A stretch of DNA of 31,645 nucleotides, from positions 1 to 31,645 of the forward strand of contig CAZGCS010000003.1 in NCBI GenBank assembly GCA_964524395.1, written 5' to 3'. This document shows positions 25,585 to 31,645 of the stretch, one piece after another (positions within the stretch are counted from its first letter, which is position 1; each line of letters opens with the position of its first letter). Both the position numbers and the translations under genes were made by a program. Source of the stretch: an uncultured Mageeibacillus sp. Its GTDB lineage: Bacteria; Bacillota; Clostridia; Saccharofermentanales; DTU023. A model generated the notes under the pieces. The model was not told where the DNA came from. It was given only the letters and a program-made list of their open reading frames with translations, and made no database searches.

Positions 25585-26313
25585 ATGGAAGAATCAAAAC
25601 ACGTATTGATCGTGGACGATGACAAGCATATCAGCGAACTGCTCAAGCTCTACTTTGAAAAAGACGGCTTTGAGGTTTCCTCCTGCTATACGGGGGACGC
25701 CGTCATGCCCATGGTTCGCGCTGTCATGCCCGATGTTATCATTTTGGATCTGATGCTGCCTGGCATGAGTGGCTTTGATATCATGCGGCAGTTGCGGCGC
25801 GAGTCGGATGTTCCTGTTTTGATGCTGACTGCACGCAGTGACACCCTGGACAAGATTATAGGTCTGGAGCTGGGCGCGGATGACTACATCCTGAAACCCT
25901 TCGAACCCAAGGAGCTCCTGGCCCGTGTCAAAGCAGTCCTGAGACGCTCCAACTTACCGGCGGCTGCTGTCCAGACTGGTGAAACAAACAAAAAGGAAGT
26001 GGTGACTTATCCCGATCTGGTCGTCGACCGTATCCGCTATGCCGTCCGGATCGGCAACCGGGAGATCGATATGCCGCCCAAGGAGCTGGAGCTTCTCTTT
26101 TTTCTCGCTTCACACCCCAACCGGGTATACACCCGGGATCAGATTCTGGAGCATATCTGGGGCATGGATTACTATGGTGAACAGCGTACCGTTGATGTTC
26201 ATATCAAACGGATCAGGGAAAAACTGGATGTGATTGAACATCCGCTGTGGCAGATCAAAACGGTCTGGAGCGTGGGCTACAAATTTGAATTGAAGGAGCA
26301 GCCCGAACCGTGA
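25585..26313 (+). CDS. OmpR/PhoB-family response regulator
   Basis: Receiver domain LIVDDD...ILDLMLP (phosphoacceptor Asp)...LTAR...GADDYILKPF; winged helix RTVDVHIKRIREKL, IKTVWSVGYKF. Confidence 0.96.
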   Translation: MEESKHVLIVDDDKHISELLKLYFEKDGFEVSSCYTGDAVMPMVRAVMPDVIILDLMLPGMSGFDIMRQLRRESDVPVLMLTARSDTLDKIIGLELGADDYILKPFEPKELLARVKAVLRRSNLPAAAVQTGETNKKEVVTYPDLVVDRIRYAVRIGNREIDMPPKELELLFFLASHPNRVYTRDQILEHIWGMDYYGEQRTVDVHIKRIREKLDVIEHPLWQIKTVWSVGYKFELKEQPEP

Positions 26314-27815
26314 GAAGGTTGTCGCTTTATACCCGCACCCTGCTTACAATTTCGGCCGCAATCCTGATTATCTTCCTGGCGCTTGCCCTGATTTACGGGA
26401 CCATTTACAGCTTTTCCTCCTGGCAACAACGGCAGGAGGAACTGAAGCGCAACGCCGCTGAGCTGGCCAGTCTCACTGAAAACAGGATGGATGCCGCCCA
26501 TACCACCTTTACCAGTACTGACATCACAGGGCATATTGCGTTTGCGGCCCGGTCGACAACGGCCTTTGTCTGGATTGTCAACGCCGGAGGCGAAATTATC
26601 TACCATACAGGAATACCGGCTGAAACCATGGCGCTTCTCGAACGCTCCGGCGGTGACGGAACCGGCGACCCGCTTTTACCTCCGCAAGCCCGCAACATGG
26701 AGCAGGCGGTCTTTTGTCTGGCAGGCGATCAGACCGGCTTTGCCGACCTGCTCCCCGAGGCGGCGGAATGGCTGGTGGCAAGCGCGCCAATCGGCAGGCA
26801 CGGTGATCTCTACACGGGGGAGGTGGTTCTGCTCAAGCGGCATCACACAGAGAATTTCAGCGCTTTCCTTTTGGAACACAATGTACCGATTTCTTTTACC
26901 ATGGCCTTTTTTCTTTCGCTGGCCATCATCATCTGGCTGTCCCGTAACATTACCAGGCCGATTTCCGCCCTGGCCAAGACGGCCAATTCCGTTTATGCCG
27001 GTGACCTTTCCGCCCGGGTCAGCATAGGCGGGGAGCCGGGAAATGACCGGGCTGTTCCGGTAGGTCGCGAAGATGACCTGACCCGGCTGGTCAGAACCTT
27101 CAATATGCTGATCGCGCAGTTTGAGGAGAGGGAACAGCAGCACTCGGAATTTCTGGGCAATGTATCCCACGATCTTCGAACGCCGGTCACTTCCATTGGC
27201 GGTTTCATCGAGGGGATGCGAGACGGTACAATCCCGGAGGAAAAATTTGATTACTATCTGGATATCATCAAGGTGGAGACCAACCGCCTGGAGGGCCTGA
27301 TCAACACCTTATTCGATCAAACGGACCAGGGGGGCCAAGCCGCGTTGAAGCAGGATGTCTTCGATCTCAATGCCTTGATCCGCCAGGTCAAACAATCCTT
27401 CGAACCCATGCTGGCGGAGAAAAAGATTGAGCTGGAAACGGTCTTTGATCACCGCCACGAGGAACCTGTCCGGGCTGTCGGTGATGTGGGCCAGCTGACC
27501 CGGGTTCTTAACAATGTAGTTGCCAACGCCATCCGCTTTACCCCGGATGGAGGCATCATCCTCATCCGCACCAAGGCAGGTGAGCGGTCAATCCGTGTCT
27601 CGGTTGAGGATAACGGGCCCGGTATCGCGGAGGAAGATTTACCCCGGATTTTTGATCGCTTTTACAAGGCGGACAAGTCACGCCACGGTGAGGGGTCCGG
27701 TTTGGGCCTTTACATCGCGCGCGCCTTGATTCAACGCCACGGCCAGCAGATTGAGGCTGGCAGGTCGGCCGATCTGGGCGGCGCCCGTATCCGCTTCACA
27801 GTGGCCAGGCCCTGA
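26310..27815 (+). CDS. Membrane sensor histidine kinase (2 TM, extracytoplasmic domain, HAMP, HisKA, HATPase)
   Basis: Two TMs flanking an extracellular region of about 150 aa; HAMP (ITRPISALA); H-box VSHDLRTP; N-box NVVANAIRFT; G1 DNGPGI; F-box IFDRFYK; G2 GSGLGL. GTGA overlap with the regulator. Confidence 0.96.
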   Translation: MRRLSLYTRTLLTISAAILIIFLALALIYGTIYSFSSWQQRQEELKRNAAELASLTENRMDAAHTTFTSTDITGHIAFAARSTTAFVWIVNAGGEIIYHTGIPAETMALLERSGGDGTGDPLLPPQARNMEQAVFCLAGDQTGFADLLPEAAEWLVASAPIGRHGDLYTGEVVLLKRHHTENFSAFLLEHNVPISFTMAFFLSLAIIIWLSRNITRPISALAKTANSVYAGDLSARVSIGGEPGNDRAVPVGREDDLTRLVRTFNMLIAQFEEREQQHSEFLGNVSHDLRTPVTSIGGFIEGMRDGTIPEEKFDYYLDIIKVETNRLEGLINTLFDQTDQGGQAALKQDVFDLNALIRQVKQSFEPMLAEKKIELETVFDHRHEEPVRAVGDVGQLTRVLNNVVANAIRFTPDGGIILIRTKAGERSIRVSVEDNGPGIAEEDLPRIFDRFYKADKSRHGEGSGLGLYIARALIQRHGQQIEAGRSADLGGARIRFTVARP

Positions 27816-27896
27816 TCCCGGGCAGAAACCGGATGTTCATAAAAAGGTTATATGTGGTCGATAAACTGCTTTTAAGACCAGGCGAGGGGGTAAGTT

Positions 27897-29114
27897 GTGA
27901 CAAAAGATAAAACCCGGCTCATCATCCTGATTGTAGTCTTTTGCCTTGCGGTTCTATTAATCCCCCTGTCATGTCCGGGGCAGAAGCCGGCTGTAACTGA
28001 ACCGGCAACGGAAATGACATCCACGCCCCTTACTACAGAAAGAACTACGACGACGAGTACCACAAGCACGACCTCCAGGACTGAGCCGCACAGTGTTCCG
28101 CCGGAGACGGAAGGGGATCCCCCCCTGCAAGACCCCGGCACTCCGTTGTCGGAACTGTTTGCTGAGGTGGCGCCTTCTGTGGTGTCGGTTCATGTTTCCA
28201 TCCCGGCTTCCTCGCTTTACGCCAAACGGGAAGAATTCTTCTCAGGTCTGATTGTCGATGAATCCGGCATCATTGTCACCACTTACAGCCTCTTGGAACG
28301 GGCTCTCGACTACCGTGGAAACCTTCTGGCGGATGCTTCAATCCACCTTTACGTCCGCGGCTTCGACCAGTCCTTTGAGGCCATGCTTGTAGGCTTCCAG
28401 GCGACGGTTGATTTGGCCCTGCTCAAAGTAAAGGAACCGGGAGACGCGGTTTTCAAGGCTCAGCCCCTGTCCCGGGAACCGGAGCTGGCAGTCGGAACCC
28501 CTGTCTACAGCATTGGCTACCCGCCTGTCCTGATCAAGGAGGGTGGTCTCTCCCCCGGTTATATCATTTCGCTTTACCGCACCTCTTATGAAGAGGACGG
28601 TTCCCCCGTAGGCCTGATCGAAACCAGTATCCCAACCATGACTGTGTACGCAGGCAGCCCCTTGATCAACGAGCAGGGCCAGGTCGTCGCCATTGCCAGC
28701 GGCTATCTCAAGCGGATTTATGTCCAGCATCTGGGTTATGCGGTGCCTTCGCCGATCGTGGCGGATGTGATCAACCGGATCCTGGACAGCCCCGACCAGT
28801 TGCCTGAAGCCAAAGCCACCCTCGGCATCACGGTGCTGGGGGACGGGGAAACCGACAGCCTCCGCCGGATGTTCGGTTATCCCGCAGGGCTGTACATCAA
28901 TCTGGTAAAACCTGAAAGCGCGGCGTACACCTCAGGCTTGAACGCAGGTGATATCCTGCTCAGCATCAACGGCCAGGCCATGGAGGCTGTCAGAGACCTG
29001 ATGACTTTCCTGGGAGGTCAGGCCGTCGGGACCCTGGTTGAGATGACGGTCTACCGGCCGGGGGACGACAGGACCCTGACCCTGACCTGTTACCTGCTTG
29101 AGGAGACACCGTGA
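27897..29114 (+). CDS. HtrA/DegS-like S1C trypsin-fold plus PDZ membrane protein, predicted catalytically inactive
   Basis: N-terminal TM, Thr/Pro linker, APSVVSV, FSGLIVDESGIIVT, DLALLKV, GTPVYSIGYP, AGSPLINEQGQVVAI, PDZ (LGITV...GLNAGDILLSING). The His and Ser triad positions are substituted (TTYSLL, VYAGSPL). Confidence 0.88.
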   Translation: MTKDKTRLIILIVVFCLAVLLIPLSCPGQKPAVTEPATEMTSTPLTTERTTTTSTTSTTSRTEPHSVPPETEGDPPLQDPGTPLSELFAEVAPSVVSVHVSIPASSLYAKREEFFSGLIVDESGIIVTTYSLLERALDYRGNLLADASIHLYVRGFDQSFEAMLVGFQATVDLALLKVKEPGDAVFKAQPLSREPELAVGTPVYSIGYPPVLIKEGGLSPGYIISLYRTSYEEDGSPVGLIETSIPTMTVYAGSPLINEQGQVVAIASGYLKRIYVQHLGYAVPSPIVADVINRILDSPDQLPEAKATLGITVLGDGETDSLRRMFGYPAGLYINLVKPESAAYTSGLNAGDILLSINGQAMEAVRDLMTFLGGQAVGTLVEMTVYRPGDDRTLTLTCYLLEETP

Positions 29115-29782
29115 CCGATTCCCTGCGTGACCGCGCCCACCGGGTAACAGCTGTTTTGACCCGGCATTACCCCGAAGCCACGGTGACCTTGAACCACCAG
29201 GCCCCCTGGGAACTTCTGGTTGGCGCCATCCTGGCTTCCCAGTGTACTGACGCGCGTGTGAATCAGGTTACACCCGCGCTTTTTGACCGTTTCCCCGGCC
29301 CGCAAGCCATGATGGGGGCGGATCAGGACGAGCTGGAAAGCCTGATCAGGACCTGTGGCCTCTTTCGTTCCAAGGCCAGGGCGCTCCGGGGGACTGCCCG
29401 TCTCGTGGTGGAGGAACATGCGGGCCAGGTACCTTCAAGCCAGAAGGAATTGATGGAGCTTCCCGGCGTGGGAAGAAAGATCGCCAACCTGATCATGGGC
29501 GACGCTTTCGGCGCCCAGGCCATCGTCGTCGACACACACTGCGCGCGCATCAGCAACTTGCTTGGCTTCACCGACAGCGACAAGCCGGACCGGATTGAGC
29601 GTGACTTGATAAAACTGATCCCTGAGGAGGCGTGGACACGCTGGGGCCACCTCATGGTGGCGCACGGACGGACTCTTTGCCGGGCCCGGTGCCGCTCTTG
29701 CTTTGAGTGCCCTGTCCGCCTACAGTGCCGCTACGGCATGGCCCTTGACGCTTCAGCGGAAGTGGAGGGTGGTTGTGTCTGA
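29111..29782 (+). CDS. nth: Endonuclease III
   Basis: ELLVGAILASQCTDARVN, HhH motif LPGVGRKIAN (catalytic Lys), VDTH (catalytic Asp), [4Fe-4S] motif C-X6-C-X2-C-X5-C. Confidence 0.96.
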   Translation: MTDSLRDRAHRVTAVLTRHYPEATVTLNHQAPWELLVGAILASQCTDARVNQVTPALFDRFPGPQAMMGADQDELESLIRTCGLFRSKARALRGTARLVVEEHAGQVPSSQKELMELPGVGRKIANLIMGDAFGAQAIVVDTHCARISNLLGFTDSDKPDRIERDLIKLIPEEAWTRWGHLMVAHGRTLCRARCRSCFECPVRLQCRYGMALDASAEVEGGCV

Positions 29783-31645
29783 CAAGGTGGAACCCGGATG
29801 GCTTGAAAACAAACTTTCGGTACTTCCCGGCATCTCGGATAAAAGACAAAAAATGTTCGCCAAGCTGGGAGTGGAAACGCTGCATGACCTGCTTTGGCTT
29901 CTGCCGCGGTCTTACGAGGACTGGCAGGAAAGAGTTCCCGTCGGCAAGCTCCAGGAGGGGGATTTCTTATCCTTCGAAGCTGCCGTTGAGAGTATGCCTT
30001 CCATGGTCCGGCGGGGTAAGCTGACCTGCACGCGTGCCCTTTTGTCAGATGGGAGCGGCTCCATCCAGGGGATTTGGTTCAACCAGCCCTGGCTGGCCGA
30101 TCGTATCCGGCGTGGCGGCAAGTATCTCTTCCGCGGCAGAATTGAGGGGAGAGGGCGGGGGCGCCAGGTCGTCAATCCCGATTTCCGGCCGCTGGACGCG
30201 GGCGGCCTGCCGGTTTTCCTGCCCGTCTATCCACTGACCGCCGGCCTATACCAATGGAATATCCGGCAGGCGGTACAGGCGGTGCTTGACAGGGCTGACC
30301 CCGTCGCGGAGGAATCCCTGCCCCAGCGCGTAAGGACGGAGGCAAAACTGGCGACAGCCGATTTCGCCATGCGCCGTATCCATTTTCCTGCCAGCAAACG
30401 TGACATGGAGGTGGCACGTCGGAGGCTTGCCTTTGAGGAACTCTTTCTGGTCATGGCCGGCCTGCGCGCACTGAAGTCGGGCCGGCACCGGCAAAAGGGG
30501 CCAGTCATGGAAGTTGGCCGGGCAAGCGAAAACTGGCTTGGCGGTCTGATCTCCAGGCTCCCCTTTGAACTGACGGCGTCCCAGCAAGCTGCTTTGCAAA
30601 CCATCTTGGACGATTTCAGGAAAGATGAACCTGCCAACCGGCTTCTTCAAGGCGATGTCGGTTCCGGTAAGACAGTGGTTGCCGCTCTGGCCATGGCAGC
30701 AGCCTGCAAGGAGGGCTACCAGTCGGTCATGATGGCGCCCACTACCATTCTGGCCGGTCAACATGCGAATACTCTGTCCAGACTCCTGGAAGGGAGCGGC
30801 CTTGAAATCGCTCTCTTGACAGGGGCAGTGACAGCAGCCCGGAGAAAAGCCCTGCTTGCCGGACTCAAGGACGGCTCCATCGATATCCTGATAGGTACCC
30901 ACGCGGTACTGGAGACGGATGTTGCTTTCTCCAACCTTGGTTGCTGCGTGACCGATGAACAGCACCGGTTCGGCGTCAGGCAACGTGTTTTGCTGTCGGG
31001 CAGGGGCGACTTGGTGCCCCATGTTCTGGTCATGTCGGCGACCCCCATCCCCAGAACCCTGGCCATGATCCTGTACGGTGATCTGGATATCTCGGAAATC
31101 AGGGATATGCCGGCCGGCAGGCTGGCTGTCAAAACCTATACAGCGACCGGGAAAGATCGACCGCGCCTTGACCGCATGATTGAGAAGCAGATTGAGGAGG
31201 GTCATAAAGTTTACGTGGTCTGCCCCCTGATCGAAGATTCGGAGGCGATGGCTGCCCATTCTGCAGAAGCCGTTTATCAAAGACTGTCAGAAGAGGTCCT
31301 GCCAGGCCGGCGTGTGGCTTTGATGCATGGAAGACTTAAGCCCGGGGAGAAGCTGGCTGTCATGGAGGCTTTCGGGCGCGGCGAGATCGATCTTCTGGTT
31401 TCGACCACGGTGATTGAAGTCGGCATTGACCAGCCGGACGCGACCCTGCTTGTGATTGAAAATGCGGAGCGGTTCGGCCTGTCTCAACTTCATCAGTTGC
31501 GGGGGCGTGTCGGCCGCTCTTCCCGTCAATCCTACTGTATCCTGGTCAGTGACAGCCAGGATCCGCTGATTCGCAAGCGCCTTCAGGTGCTTTGCCGCAA
31601 CCACAGCGGTTTTGCCATCGCGGATCAGGATTTGTTGCTCCGGGG
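29775..31645 (+). CDS. recG: ATP-dependent DNA helicase RecG, 3' end truncated by the window edge
   Basis: GTG 29775 after GGAGGG: MSDKVEPGWLENKLSVLPGISDKRQKMFAKLGVETLHDLLWLLPRSYED; LLQGDVGSGKT, DEQHRFG, MSATPIPRTL, TTVIEVGID, ERFGLSQLHQLRGRVGR. Absent from the ORF track because there is no stop. Confidence 0.97.
   Translation, partial: MSDKVEPGWLENKLSVLPGISDKRQKMFAKLGVETLHDLLWLLPRSYEDWQERVPVGKLQEGDFLSFEAAVESMPSMVRRGKLTCTRALLSDGSGSIQGIWFNQPWLADRIRRGGKYLFRGRIEGRGRGRQVVNPDFRPLDAGGLPVFLPVYPLTAGLYQWNIRQAVQAVLDRADPVAEESLPQRVRTEAKLATADFAMRRIHFPASKRDMEVARRRLAFEELFLVMAGLRALKSGRHRQKGPVMEVGRASENWLGGLISRLPFELTASQQAALQTILDDFRKDEPANRLLQGDVGSGKTVVAALAMAAACKEGYQSVMMAPTTILAGQHANTLSRLLEGSGLEIALLTGAVTAARRKALLAGLKDGSIDILIGTHAVLETDVAFSNLGCCVTDEQHRFGVRQRVLLSGRGDLVPHVLVMSATPIPRTLAMILYGDLDISEIRDMPAGRLAVKTYTATGKDRPRLDRMIEKQIEEGHKVYVVCPLIEDSEAMAAHSAEAVYQRLSEEVLPGRRVALMHGRLKPGEKLAVMEAFGRGEIDLLVSTTVIEVGIDQPDATLLVIENAERFGLSQLHQLRGRVGRSSRQSYCILVSDSQDPLIRKRLQVLCRNHSGFAIADQDLLLR

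Noticed and set aside
27834-27876. Possible response-regulator boxes (TGTTCATA, GTTATAT, TTTAAG) or an NrdR box upstream of the HtrA-like gene
   Set aside because: Repeats are imperfect with irregular spacing, and the NrdR consensus match is poor; not supportable without comparative data.
29773-30024. 83-aa plus-strand ORF at the recG start
   Set aside because: Wrong frame; the real recG begins at GTG 29775.
30246-31280. 344-aa minus-strand ORF
   Set aside because: Antisense to recG, whose plus-strand frame has all the helicase motifs.
1-31645. CRISPR arrays, tRNA/rRNA genes, transposases, integrases, prophage or defence genes
   Set aside because: None recognised: intergenic gaps are all under about 190 nt and every long ORF is a housekeeping, envelope or regulatory gene or an antisense shadow.

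Overview
Core-genome window (GC-rich, no tRNA/rRNA, CRISPR or mobile element seen) from a Bacillota/Clostridia-type bacterium that looks non-sporulating (inference from gene content and order). The left end (1-1746, minus strand) holds a small envelope-stress module: a YdjG-like double zinc-ribbon membrane protein, a 94-aa YdjH-like protein lacking its TPM domain, and a truncated lipoprotein that may start at ATT. The rest is a roughly 30-kb plus-strand run: rimP-nusA-ylxR(rnpM)-infB-rbfA-nrnA-truB-ribF-lgt-rodA; a reduced dcw cluster mraZ-rsmH-ftsL-PBP-murF-mraY-ftsW-murG-divIB-sbp-ftsZ; then nrdR, an OmpR-family regulator, a HAMP histidine kinase, an HtrA-like protein, nth and recG (truncated). 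Best leads: (1) the HtrA/PDZ protein beside the two-component system has lost its catalytic His and Ser, so it is a predicted pseudoprotease; (2) FtsZ carries two C-terminal LPxFLR peptides in a cluster without ftsA; (3) the ydjG / mini-ydjH / lipoprotein module looks like a rewired phage-shock-type system; (4) ftsZ abuts nrdR where spoIIGA-sigE-sigG-ylmC normally lie. Family assignments come from motif recognition by eye and from memory; no database searches were run.
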